A stretch of 63,922 bases of DNA, filler included, from Octopus bimaculoides (Eukaryota): the NCBI RefSeq assembly GCF_001194135.2. It is 5 parts of 2 records of this genome, joined end to end, with 100 filler letters (N's around TTAATTAATTAA, not from the genome) between each part and the next. Parts side by side here need not be neighbours in the genome. Positions count along the whole stretch, not along the records: positions 1 to 16,580 come from NC_068983.1; 4 more parts are not named here. The stretch is one strand, 5' to 3'. Shown piece by piece: positions 1-11,387 of the stretch; positions within the stretch are counted from its first letter, which is position 1; every line of letters starts with the position of its first letter. The translations under genes were made by a program, and so were the position numbers. The notes below the pieces were generated by a model. The model did no database searches. It was not told where the DNA came from and saw only the letters and a program-made list of their open reading frames with translations.

Positions 1-84
1 CACTACCATCACTTCTCAACAAGACAGGAAAAGTTCTTGATACCTCGTATACAATTACACACATTTCTTTCTAAACGGTTATAG

Positions 85-1238
85 TGTGTGTGTGTGTGTG
101 TGTGTGTATGTAGGTGTGTGTGCGTGTGCCTGTGTCTATGTAGGTGTGTGTGTCTGTGTCTATATTATATGCGTTTGTTGCCTTTGTAGCTGTCTATGTT
201 TGCTCCTGCTGGGGCGTGTACATGAGCTTATGTGTATTCCGTGTAAGGGTGTGCATATCAGGGTGTCACAGAGCGCTTAGTGGTTTCTCTGTATACATGT
301 GCAAATGTTTAAAGATATGAGTGCGTGCGCGCGTTACTGTTTGCGCGCGCGCGAGAGTATGTGAGAGAGTGTGTGTGTGTGCGCGCGTGTGTGTGAGTGT
401 GGTTTGGTAAAGTTTAAGTTGCAGTCAGTGTTCACCTGCTTGTGCACGTGCTTGTGTTCACATAACATCACAACATTACCTTCTCTCCTCCAACGTGTAT
501 AAACATACAGACAGACGCGCGCGCACGCACACACGTGGAAGCGTTGTATGAAGAAAAGAGAACTCAATACGTTATATAAAGTATTTATTTTTGGAGTTTA
601 ACAGTCGTTGACTGCTGTGATATATATATACATATATATACACGATGAAGGATATGTTCTCTATGTGGCCTGCTTGTTTTTTTGTACCTTGTTTATCATT
701 TTGTCCATGTTTTTTTGCAACGTCATGTACCCAAATATGTATCTATATGTACATGTAGATGAAGGTATGTACATACATACATACATACATACGTACGTAC
801 ATACATACGTACGTACATACATAATATCAGGGTTTTACATAATTAACACTCCGATGCGAAAATATACGTAGAATACACAAATACTGACTTGGTGTATATA
901 CAAGCCAGCAAATTTACGTAATACATACATATGCACATGTAAGTGCACACACGCACGCACACTAAAATACTCAACACACATATATATACATTACGCCTAC
1001 AAAGTAGTTTGAGGAGAGTAAAAACAGTCGCCACAGAAGAAATAAATAAAGATACTAACTTGGAGAAGGGATAAGAAGAAAAAGTTCATACACACACACA
1101 TATATATATAGGGAGAGAGTGAGAGAAAGAGGGAAATTGGGAGGAAACAGGGAGAGATGAGACAGACAGAGAGAAGGGGAGGGGAAAAGAAGTAGAGGAG
1201 GGGAAAGAAATATTGACTGAGGAATAGGAACAGATAAT

Positions 1239-1285
<47 letters not shown>
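85..1285. repeat. Compound microsatellite/low-complexity tract: (GT)n, (TA)n, (TACA)n, (GA)n
   Basis: Directly visible dinucleotide and tetranucleotide runs; explains the CV/YI/SL-repeat ORFs. Confidence 0.9.
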
Positions 1286-1287
<2 letters not shown>

Positions 1288-1674
1288 GTTTACGTAATAC
1301 GTATTGTTATTTGTGGTGAGAAAAATAGACGCACGGACAAATTCATTACCAACAACAATAACAACAGAAACAATATTAATAACTACCGTCTTAGTTAAAA
1401 AAGATTTAAGAACAGAAAACTTTTGGTAAGTGATTCGTTTCCTGATCTTTTTATTGTTCATTTATTTATTAAACAAAAAATATGTATAAACTTTACGTGT
1501 CCCGCGAAAGAGTTTTTTGTTTGTTTATAAATGCGTTTAACTTTTGGCGCATGGATTATTTCTTTCTTCAAAACTATTTGATGACATCTCATGAAAAATC
1601 TGATCAATCTGGAAAATATGATCAAAAATGTTCCACCCGTGATCACCTCCAACATATATCTTTCATATTTTAGA

Positions 1675-2090
1675 CAGTAGGGTTATAAATATGCATGAGA
1701 CCTGTTATTTCTAACAGGGCCAACGACCACGTAGATATCCCCTTTTGTTGTTGCTGGTGGTGGTGATAATTGGTGGTTGTATCAGTGTAAATGGTTGTGG
1801 TGGTGGTGTTACTGGTAACGATGGCGTCAGTGGTGGTGGAGTGAAGGTACATGTAATCATAATGGTGGTGGCCATGATGGTGGTTGTGGTGGTAGTCGTG
1901 ATGATGTGTCTGTGTCCTCCACCTGAAAAATTATCAACTCCCCCATCACCATGTATTCTCACCTGAAGATTCATCACCCTGTCAAAAGTCTTGGTAAACG
2001 ATTCGGTGTAATCTTCTGAATTCAAAATGATAAGGCCTGCTTTGAATAGCATTTAACTGCTATTTCCAGCAACTTCACCGACCCACTGAC
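1675..2090 (-). mobile_element. Family E interspersed repeat fragments interrupted by a (GGT)n tract
   Basis: CTGTTATTTCTAACAGGGCCAACGACCACGTAG (~1702) and CTGCTATTTCCAGC (~2057) match, in reverse, the CTACGTGGTCGCT...CTGCTAGAAATAGCAG motif of the copies at 6780 and 7545. Confidence 0.5.
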
Positions 2091-2208
2091 TAATGTAGTG
2101 ACGCCTACGTTAGATCAATTGATAACTTAATTTGATACAACTGGAAAGCGTCGACATAAAATTTAAAGAAAACAAAAACAGGCAAGAGAAAAATGTCAAA
2201 ATAACCAT

Positions 2209-2368
2209 AGGCATGGCTGTGTAGTTAAGAAACTCGCTTTGCAACCACGCGGTTTTGGGTTCAGTCCCACCGCGCAGCACCTTGGGCAATTGTCTTCTAT
2301 TATAGCCTCGGGGCAATCAATACCTTGTGAGTGAATTTGGTTGACGGAAACTTAGTGGAAGTCAGTCG

Positions 2369-2407
<39 letters not shown>

Positions 2408-2675
2408 GACTATAGCTATCTATCTATCTATCTATCTGACTATAGCTATCTATCTATCTATGTTTGTATTTGTCCTCCCACCAACAACTGACGACCGGTG
2501 TTGGTTTGTTTACATCCACTTAACGTAGCGGTTCGGCAAAAGTAACCGATAGAATAACTTACCAGGCTTTGAAAGAGAATAAGTACTGGAGCTGATTTGT
2601 TCGATTAAAATCCCTTAATGCGGTGCCCCAGCATGGCCGCAGTCCATTGACCGAAATAAGGAAAAGATAAGAGAT
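2209..2675 (+). mobile_element. Family A tRNA-like SINE, full length, with internal (TATC)n
   Basis: Head GGCTGTGTAGTTAAG...GGTTCAGTCCC...CTTGGGCAA, microsatellite linker 2370-2460, body ending CCAGCATGGCCGCAGTC...GAAAAGATAAGAG; aligns with more than 10 other copies in the window. Confidence 0.85.
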
Positions 2676-3126
2676 TAGAATGCTTATTGGGTGCAGGAGC
2701 ATCATGGTGTTGATGCATTGCCAGGGGGCGTTAGTAACGTAATTGAAAGGAGATGTCATTCAATCAGGAAATGGAATCGTGTCGCAGTTTCGACATTGTT
2801 ACACATTGTTACACATTGTTACACTCAAAGCTACATAAAAGAGGTCATAATTGTTGGCAAACAAGCAAGTCAATATGTTCATCCTACTCTCCTGCTTTCT
2901 CTCTTTATCCGGTCTATCTGTCAGTCTGTCTCCCTTCCTCCCTCTCCCTCCTTTTGCTCCCTTTTACCCTTCATTAACTCCGTCTTCCCCGACCCTTTCT
3001 GTGATATGTAAATCAAGCAACTTTTCAAGCGGGCACACACACACACACACACACACACACGAGTTCATTTAAGCATCGCAATATTAATGATCAGTTGTTA
3101 GTATTCGACGTGCTTAAGATTTAGAG

Positions 3127-3376
3127 CAATGCTTCTCACCCATTTTTTTTTTTTACCTATGAACCCCTTTAAATCCTATTTTACACGAATAGACTCTCCT
3201 AGTCATTCGATGTTTAAAAAAGTCCTATTATATTTTTATAATTAAATATTATTAGGAATTGTTTGAAAAAAAAATTTGTGTATTGTAGAAGTATAATCAA
3301 TATATTGCAGATAAATTAAAAAAAAAAAATCTTATATGGACCCCTCCCCCCCAAGGGCCATATGGACTCCGTTTGA
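3127..3376 (+). mobile_element. hAT-like MITE, 3'-truncated
   Basis: Starts CAATGCTTCTCAC (compare CAGTGGTTCTCAA at 24135); its right part GGACCCC...GGGCCATATGGACTCC is the reverse complement of the 24135 copy. Confidence 0.6.
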
Positions 3377-3630
3377 TGTTCTGAAAAGACACCCACATAG
3401 ATTGCGCCTCTGATTTGGACTACCAAGACCTGCAGATAAGTTCTCATCTTTGTGGATCTTAAAATGTCTTTTGAGGCCTCCGTTAGATTTGCAAACCTTC
3501 TGGCATACACAGCATTCAAAGGTGTGCACAGACATATAGGCAGAATAGTTGGTGGAGGTTCGTTTTCCATGGGTTCGCAGATGAGACTTGAGACCAGCAA
3601 AAGAAAGGCATAAAGTATAAAGAGTTCTAC
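3377..3630 (-). pseudogene. Tandem C2H2 zinc-finger coding fragment (probably retrotransposon-derived)
   Basis: Open frame reads ...LCLSFAGLKSHLRTH-GKRTSTNYSAYMSVHT-FECCVCQKVCKSNGGLKRHFKIH; the second finger has exact C-x2-C-x12-H-x3-H spacing. Confidence 0.7.
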
Positions 3631-4145
3631 TGAATTGACAAATTGACTTAAAGGATAGGCAGAAGAACAGGCAGGATTCAGGCTCAAAGAAGTACTGTGG
3701 AGCAAAAACTTAGCATCAGACTACTCACTGAGAAGCATCTGCAGCACCAGTCAAACCTCGTCGACTTTAAAAAGGCCTTTGACATTATTTGGCACGACGG
3801 GTTGTGGTATGTGATGAAGAATTAATACTTCGGTAACAAACTCATCGAATAACTCCGAGCATTGTATGAAAACTCAACAGGACAGTTCTCCTGAACAACA
3901 TTGGAGAATTCTTCAGGATAGCAGTGTTTGTTCGGCAAGGATGTCTCCTCTTTCCAGTGCTTTTCAACATTTTGCTGGAGAATGTCATGCAGGAGACTCT
4001 TCAAGATTTCTACCCCTCAGTTTCCATTGGAGGACGGTTCATTTCTAACCACCGCTTTGCTGATAATATTGACCTGCTAGGAAGCGAGGAAGCAGAACAG
4101 TAGAAGCTCACCACCAAACTGGAGAAAGTATCGAAAGCAGAAGAA
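3630..4145 (+). mobile_element. RTE-type LINE reverse transcriptase fragment (decayed)
   Basis: Across stops and frameshifts: EEQAGFR..STVEQ, VDFKKAFD, VRQGCLL.PVLFNILLE, RFADNIDLL (FADD-equivalent at ~4056-4073). Confidence 0.85.
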
Positions 4146-4169
4146 CGTTCCTGGAAGACGATGATCAAT

Positions 4170-4697
4170 ATGGAAGGCCTGCCATCACCCCCGGAAATGT
4201 GATATCGTGCATCGGGAATTCTTCCCCCAGAGCCAGACCGTCACTCGAGAGTTCTGCGATATTTTGAAGCGCTTGACGGAGGACGTTCGGCGAAATCGAT
4301 GGACCTGTGGAGCGCGGAGAAATAGATTCTTCACGACGACAATGCACTGTTACCGAGTTCTCTTCACTCCTGAATTTCCAAAATAACATAGTATCTCTTC
4401 CGCATCCGCCATATTCGCTAGATTTGGTACTTGCGGACTTCCATCTGTTCCCCAAGATGAAAATGTGACTCAAAGGCCGCCGTTTTAACAACGTTGTCGA
4501 GATCAAGAGCGAATCGCAGAAGGTCCTCGACTCACAGAAAACAACTTCCAGGCCGGATTCCAAAAGTGGGAGGAACGCTTGGACTGGTGTAGTGCTGCGC
4601 AAGGTGACTATTTCGAAGGAGATGATAGTAAAGCTTAGGTAAATAAGTTATTTTTTATCAAACATAACAAGTCCGGGAACTTTTTGATACCACTGTA
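4170..4697 (+). mobile_element. mariner transposase 3' fragment with right TIR
   Basis: ILHDDNA, HPPYSLDLVLADFHLFPKMK, LKGRRF, FQKWEERLDWC..QGDYFEGD; TIR-like GTCCGGGAACTTTTTGATACCACTG followed by TA at 4696-4697. Confidence 0.85.
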
Positions 4698-5105
4698 GTA
4701 ACGCCGTGCGCATGCGTAGTCTTACGCATGCGTAGAATTAAACAACCAAGCGTTCCCGCTCAATTGATTCTCTTTCTCGCTGGCCAGCGATTGAGCATGG
4801 ACGTATTTAAGCTGTCTCNNNNNNNNNNGTAACAACAAGAACTAAAGATATGTATGTTTACCACCTGAATAAAGTGTTGTTTAAGTTGATGGTCTGGAGT
4901 TCAGCGTTCCGTTATATTCTTTAATTTTATATAGGAAAGTCAGGTATACATCTAAAGATGTATAACCGTGATTCCTATACCACCTTGTATACACGTACAA
5001 ATCGGGACATTTTTTAACTCTACAAGTGCAGTCGCTGGCTTTCTTGCATTTATGGAAATATCTACAAAATTTCTCAATGTCTTTTAAATTATTATTATTT
5101 TATTT

Positions 5106-5430
5106 ATGCGCCCTTTTAAAGCCTAGCCAGGCTCATGGGCCCGGTTTCCCGGTTTCTATGGCGTATGTGTTCCCCCCCCCCCCNNNNNNNNNNCCCAGCT
5201 GGACGGGACGCCAGTCCATCGCAGCGTTATTCCAGAAACAGGAAGAAAGAGTGAGAAAAAGTTGGGGCGAAAGAGTACAACAGGGGTCGCCACCTACCTC
5301 CTACCGGAGCCTCGTGGAGCTTTAGGTGTTTTCGCTCAATAAACACACACAAGGCCCGGTCCGGGAATTGAATCTGCGATCCTCCGACCGCGAGTCCGCT
5401 GCCCTAACCACTGGGCCATTGCGCCTCCAC
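5106..5430 (-). mobile_element. Family C tRNA-SINE with tail T1
   Basis: Head GGCGCAATGGCCCAGTGGTTAGGGCAGCGGACTCGCGGTC (A-box and B-box-like); tail GCGATGGACTGGCGTCCCGTCCAG...GAAACCGGGAAACCGGGCCCATGAGCC. Confidence 0.85.
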
Positions 5431-5759
5431 TCTTTTAAATTATACTTTTGTTCATTGTTTATATTTGACATATATAGGTGATGTATATTCAGTTTTGTTC
5501 ATTTACTTATTCACATTTCGAAGTTTATTATTATTGTTTATGTTGCTCGAAGTCTATTACTATTGCTGACTCTGTTTGGGTCATTGTTAGTGTCGCTGTT
5601 GCTGTAATTGTGACAACAAGCAGTTTATAATATTGCATTAGAACTTTTCTTTAAAATTTAAATTTAAATCGATGACACAGTTTAAAAAGTCTGTACAGAT
5701 GCATCTATCGCCTCTCTACTCCCCCTTTCTGTTCATGATACTCATAAAATTTCTCCATA

Positions 5760-5910
5760 CCAAGTGGGTGGTACTGTCCACTTTGGGAAGCAGCATTTTA
5801 ACGGTTGTTTCGTTTATATTAAACTGTTTTGTAGTTTCTGTTGAACCCTTTCCATTCTCATGTTTGTTTAATATTTCCGGAAAAAAAGTCAACTTTCTTG
5901 ACATTTGATA
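5760..5910 (-). mobile_element. Possible pogo/Tigger transposase N-terminal HTH fragment
   Basis: ORF 5716-5904 begins MSRKLTFFPEILNKHENGKGSTETTKQFNINETTVK, resembling the HTH_psq/CENP-B N-terminus pattern (K.EI..K.E.G....A.QF.I.E.TV); judged by eye only. Confidence 0.4.
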
Positions 5911-6744
5911 CTCTATTATTCAACAACTAAAATATTTTAAAAACTGTATAAAATAATTTTAACTTATGTGTCAGTTCAGTGTGTGGTCTACTACTGCATT
6001 ATCGCAGCAGTAAAATATAACAAAAAGAAAATCAAGAACTGAAACAGATACGGCGAAGTGTTACTTTTTGTATACATGAAGTGAATAAAAATATAAATAT
6101 ATTCAACTTAAACCAAAACAGTGTTAAAAGGAAAGTGTGCAAACCGAGTACCGGATACACCGAGGTATTTAATCAGTTGAGCCTGATGGTTATAATCAAG
6201 GATAATCTTATTAATCAGTTATTGCTATCAGAATGGCTGATGATGCTTGAAGAAACAACTAATCTCCCTGAAAAAATTTAAGACAATAGGGATGATTTGA
6301 AGAAGTTTTGGTTGCTGTTACTTGTAACAGCAGTGAAATCTATCTCGAATTACGCACGGTACCATCTTGAAAATTGAGAGTCACATTGACCAATGTAATC
6401 CTATATACTCGATCCTAAGAGAAGGACCATGAAGACATGGCTAAAAAGTTCTTTGGCCATATGTCTTCTCAGTTGAGGAAATTTAGAGCTAAGCCGTGAT
6501 GGAGGCGACGACGACGAAGAAGAAGAAAAAGAAGAAGAAAAAGAAGAAGAAGAAGAAGAAGAAGAAGAAGAAAAACAACAACAACAAAAACAACAACACA
6601 TCGCCAAAAATTACGTAAGCTGGGTTTGTTGGCTATCTGGAAAGTTATTAAATGAATGCTGATAGAGAGAAGCCGGGAAGTACATCCTATCTTAAACTAA
6701 TTACAATTACATTACGCCACGTTTCAAAAGATACGTATTCTCAC

Positions 6745-6990
6745 CCCTTTGGCTCCATGATAGCAATGGAGCCAAAGAGGGAACATCTGCGTAGTCGCTA
6801 GAGCTGCTAGAAATATCAGTCAAATGTCTTTGCCAAATCACACCTTGTCGTCTTAGAAAGATACACACTGGATAATGTGGTTGCAGTTTCCTTGAATATA
6901 GGAACAATACAGGATGGTCATGGTGGGGCAGCTTTGAATATAAGTCTGCTCGACTAGAGTGCACCCGTCGTTAACTAGCAACGACGAGAT
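6745..6990 (+). mobile_element. Family E repeat with 5' hairpin
   Basis: GTAGTCGCTAGAGCTGCTAGAAATATCAGTCAAATGTC...CAAATCACACC...GGATAATGT..., collinear with the 7541 and 52995 copies. Confidence 0.6.
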
Positions 6991-7036
6991 AACAACGAAG
7001 TATGCATGAAAGATAAAGTTTCTTAACCTCTAAGTG

Positions 7037-7134
7037 AGACTCTACGTGATGCGTTTTACATGATGGCCTTTACGTGATAGCTTCTACGAGGAGGCATCTA
7101 CTCGCTGGCAACAATATGGTGGCATCTATGCGGT
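7037..7134 (+). repeat. Degenerate 14-bp minisatellite, 7 units
   Basis: agactctacgtgat/gcgttttacatgat/ggcctttacgtgat/agcttctacgagga/ggcatctactcgct/ggcaacaatatggt/ggcatctatgcggt; exact 14-nt phase. Confidence 0.7.
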
Positions 7135-7222
7135 GACTACTGCTTAAACGCTGTTTTATAAAAAGATGACACATAACACTATATTGCATAATGTAGTATT
7201 AGGTACATGATCCTGAGAGAGA

Positions 7223-7258
<36 letters not shown>

Positions 7259-7540
7259 CAGACAGAGACGAGACAAGTTAGCTGTGGATGGAGCACTTTC
7301 GATCTTGAGTTTTCTCAATTAGGAACAGTCAAGAGCTATCTCCCACCACAACTACTGGCACCGTCGCCACTTACCGCCAGCACCACCACAACCCGCTACA
7401 ACAGCAACAACAATAATTAGTGTCTACTCCGCATATCTGTAGAAGACGTAACATATAGATCAAAGCTGTTTTAAAATGTCACTTAAGTATGTGACTACTT
7501 TCCTGTGATGCGTGATGGTTAATACCGGAACGATAACGAG

Positions 7541-7750
7541 AGAGCCTCTAAAATGGTCGCTTGGTCTGCTAGCCATAATAGTCAGATCTCACTCAACTCA
7601 GTCACAGCCTACCGTTTTGAAAAGAACGCATTGGATAGTGTACTCTGGTTTACACTGTCTGAATCGAATGTTACGATGCCCATGACCAGGATGCATTTGA
7701 TAAAAGATTTTCTTAATCAGGGCTAACTTGGAACTAAACAACAGCAACCG
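7541..7750 (+). mobile_element. Family E repeat
   Basis: GAGAGCCTCTAAAATGGTCGCTTGGTCTGCTAG...CATTGGATAGTGT...CAGGGCTAACTTGGAACTAAACAACAGC. Confidence 0.6.
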
Positions 7751-7770
7751 CAGCACAGCAGCAACGATAT

Positions 7771-8380
7771 CCTTTATCTTTTACTAGTTTCAGTCCTTGG
7801 ACTGCGGCCATACAGGGCCACCAACCTGAAGGATTCGGTCGAACAAATCAATTCCAATATTTATTTTGAAATATGCTACTTATTCTATCAGTCTTTTATT
7901 CCGAACCGCTAGACTACGAAGACGTAAACAAATTAACACCAGTTGTCAAGTGGTGGAGGGAGGAACAAACACAAAGACACACGCACACACGGAGTAGATG
8001 AAACAGGGACAACTGACGAAGGGATATACTCTTTATGTTGCATGTCTCGTTTCTCTGTTTTTTTCGTTGTTCGAAATAAGTTCGTTTTCTATGTTTTCGT
8101 TTTTATGTTTTCGTTTCTCATTGTGTTTAACGTTTTTTTTATGTCCTGTACCCATATATGCCTGTATGTATACATATAGATGTAGGTACGTACATATATG
8201 TATGGATATATGCATATATTAATATATTATTTATATTATTATATATACGACGGGCTTCCACAAAATTTTCTTCTGACAAATTCACTGACAAAACATTGGC
8301 CAGCCCGGAGCTGTAGTAGAAGACACTTGCACAAGGTACCGCGTGATTGCAAAGCGAGCTTTTTAGCCATGTAGCCATGT
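7771..8380 (-). mobile_element. Family A SINE with a foreign T-rich insert in its linker
   Basis: Body at 7771-7990 and head at 8245-8380 (reverse); 7995-8140 is unrelated T-rich repeat-like sequence containing CTGACGAAGGG. Confidence 0.7.
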
Positions 8381-8924
8381 CGGTATCTGCTAAAATGTAG
8401 CTCGTCCTTGGGTGAAAAAAACAAAACAAAAAAAACTGATGTTAGTTATCAAAATGTCTCTGATGTAATATTCGCCTTCATCTATCAACATTAAGAATAA
8501 TGGTGCAACATCCAAGTTGTAAATTGCCATCAAATGCAATCATAAAACGCGCAGTTAGTTAAAGACGAATGAGACAGTAGCCATTATATTTTCAGCTCCA
8601 CCACTGCTGCTCTCCACTGGTGATATTGATACAGTTAATATTTTTATACAGGTTTCAATTACTGAATCATTGTCCGCTGGAAGCCCATCTTCAGCGGGAG
8701 AATTTAAATCGATCGTAACCACCCTTGATTTCAGTCAGATACTTATTTTATCGAACGCTATTTGTCGAATTGCTGGGGTTACATTTATGAAGTAAATGGA
8801 CGCCACTCAGCACATCGGTTTACACTAGTAAACATAAACATAGCCTTTTCACATGTGTGTGTGTACGTGTGTGTACATTTATATATACATGAATGCATGT
8901 ATATAAATATATATCTATATAATA

Positions 8925-9082
8925 TGACAGGCTTCCACACAGTTTCCGTTTCAAGCAAACTTCTTTCACAAACTATTAATCAGTCAATTCGAAGTTACAG
9001 TAGAAGTTACTGGCTCAAAGTGTCACGCAGTAGTATCGATCCTGGAGCCACACCATTATGAAGCGTGCTTCTTAGCCAGACA
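8925..9082 (-). mobile_element. Family A SINE head, degenerate
   Basis: GACAGGCTTCCACACAGTTTCCG...GTAGAAG...GTGTCACGCAG...CTTCTTAGCCAGAC matches the reverse head. Confidence 0.55.
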
Positions 9083-9249
9083 ATGTGTTTGTTAATCTGG
9101 AACATCTGCTGGTCGATATCTGAACAAATAAAAATATATATAATATAATAAAAATTAAAGAAATAATCTTTTTTTAATAAAAAAAAAAGAAAGGATAAGT
9201 ACACGTGAACAACTGGAGTGATCCAAGAGATTGTAGTTCTGGGGGTGGA

Positions 9250-9985
9250 AATATTTTTTTCTACTCTAGGCACAAAACCCGAAATTTTGGGGGAGGGGGC
9301 CAGTCGATTAGATCGATCCAGTATGCAACTGGTATTTAAATTATCGACCCCGAAAAGATGAAAGCAAAGTTGACCTCGGCGGAATTTGAACTCAGAACGT
9401 AAAGACAGACGAAGTACCNNNNNNNNNNNNNNNNNNNNNNNNNNNNNNNNNNNNNNNNNNNCGGCGGAATTTGAACTCAAAACGTAAAGACAGACGAAGT
9501 ACCGCTAAGCATTTCGTGCGGCGTGCTAACGTTTATTTCTTTATTGCCCATAAGGGGATAAAGATAGAGGGGACAAACAAGGACAGACAAAGAGATTAAG
9601 TCGGTTACATCGACCCCAGTGCGTAACTGGTACTTAATTTATCGATCCCGAAAGGATGAAAGGCAAAGTCGACCTCGGCGGAATTTGAACTCAGAACGTA
9701 GCAGCAGACGAAATGCCGCTAAGCATTTCGCCCAGCGTGCTAACGTTTCTTATTTCTTTATTGCCCACAAGAGGATAAACATAGAGGGAACAAACAAGGA
9801 CAGACAAAGAGATTAAGTCGATTACATCGACCCCAGTTTGTAACTGGTACTTAATTTATCGGCCCCGAAAGGATGAATGGTAAAGTTGATCTCAGTGGAA
9901 TTTGAACTCAGAATGTAAAGACAGTCAAAATGCCACTAAGCATCTCGCCCGGCGTGCTAACGTTTCTGTCAGCTCGCCGCCTTTG
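9250..9985 (-). mobile_element. Family B SINE-like element, head-to-tail array of about 3 units (~214 bp)
   Basis: Repeated GACCTCGGCGGAATTTGAACTCAGAAC...GCTAAGCATTTCG...GTGCTAAC; unit boundaries at ~9531 and ~9745; only the rightmost unit carries the GAGCTG head. Confidence 0.9.
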
Positions 9986-11278
9986 GCGGGTGGAAATATT
10001 AAAATAAAGTGTTTTGTGTGAAATCTTAGACGTAGTGAAAAAGTTAGAGGGACGGGTATGTCCTGTGAGTTAGAGTAGAAGAGGTATGCAGGTAGGTAGT
10101 TTTGAGTTGCAGAAGAGGTAGAAAAGTCAAACAAACAACGCATCAAGGAACCAGCGGTTGTAAAACATTGGAGAATAGGTTCATCTTATTAACAAGGTAA
10201 ATGACTTTCTTTTGGGAGCGATCTAAGATATTAGTGTGTATATCTGTGTAAAATCTACCTTAATCGTTATGATATCCTTATCATCAAGATTAAATTTCGA
10301 GAATCGCTCGAGTTATATTCTTGTTAATAATATCTGATGATTCCTACTACTTTCCGTTTGGTGCAGCTAGGACAAGTAAGGTAATACAAGTATTTTTCTC
10401 TCAAAGTATGAAACATACAATTTAGCAAAATGTGTTAACTGCCGAAGACAAGCTTTATATATGCATTATTGTCTGATAATTAAAACCGAGTACTATGAGC
10501 GTAAAGTTTTATGCCAAAAACCGACAATCCTCGGAAAGTATTATCGGTTTTCGATCAGTGAAGTTAATCGAATGCAATTACCGTTACAGTTTAGCAGAGA
10601 GAACTTATTCTTAGTGCGATTCTTACATATTTCAGTTTTTTTTTTGTTTAAATAGTTGATTCGATTAGTTACATTTCTCTGTAGTGCAGGGTTGACACGA
10701 CTGAGACCGTTCACGCAAGGCTTGTTGTAATTCTACGATAGCCGACTAAAGGTTAAAATTATTGGTACAGTTATCTTCCAACTTCCATACATAACCAGCA
10801 TCTTTTATCTTTATTCTGGAAAGGTCATTGTAGTTTGGCTGAAATATTTGACCGTAGAACTCCGGTTGAGGGAGAAATGTTAATTTTATAGATTATGACA
10901 TAAACTTTGCAGTTAGCATCAAAAGGGCTTTAACTTTTTTTATTTCCACAATTACACTCTGCATTATCTGCATTAAACCAAATCGAACGAGCAGACGTAG
11001 CTAGACAAGAAAATGCAGTGTTATTTTGTTCGTCTACCATTTATGTTTACATAATTGTATGTCATAGTTGAAATTAGACTGTTTCGTTTGTTTATTTGAA
11101 ACAAGCTTCAGATGCTTTTGATACTTAAGGCCCGAAATATCATAAGAAGCGAGAAACTTCGACTAATAATGTGAATCCTCAACTTCGAATGTTCAAAGAA
11201 ATTCCATTTGATGTATTGAGTGTTTATTCATTCTGATGTCTTGTACATCCTTTTTCTCGATATACAATATCTGTGTGT

Positions 11279-11387
11279 AGGCGCAATGGCCCAGTGGTTA
11301 GGACACCGGACTCGCGGTCATAGGATCGCGGTTTCGATTCCCAGACCGGGCGTTGTGGGTGTTTATTGAGCGAAAACACCTAAAGCT
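11279..11387 (+). mobile_element. Family C SINE head running into a gap
   Basis: GGCGCAATGGCCCAGTGGTTAGG...GGTTTCGATTCCCAGACCGGGCG...AACACCTAAAGCT. Confidence 0.85.

Noticed and set aside
1711-2052. Minus-strand ORF LFKAGLIILNSEDYTESFTK with a CAG/GTGAGA donor
   Set aside because: Overlaps a family E fragment and a (GGT)n tract; no acceptor in the open frame.
8652-8790. VSITESLSAGS after an AG acceptor, faintly cadherin-like
   Set aside because: No cadherin calcium-binding motifs follow, and the frame runs into degenerate SINE sequence.
9250-9985. Regular repeat array that might suggest CRISPR
   Set aside because: Units are ~214-bp whole repeats with no unique spacers, the context is eukaryotic, and there are no cas genes.
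10760-10890. Protein-looking minus frame FLPQPEFYGQIFQPNYNDLSRIKIKDAGYVWKLED
   Set aside because: Short, bounded by stops, weak splice signals, no recognisable family.
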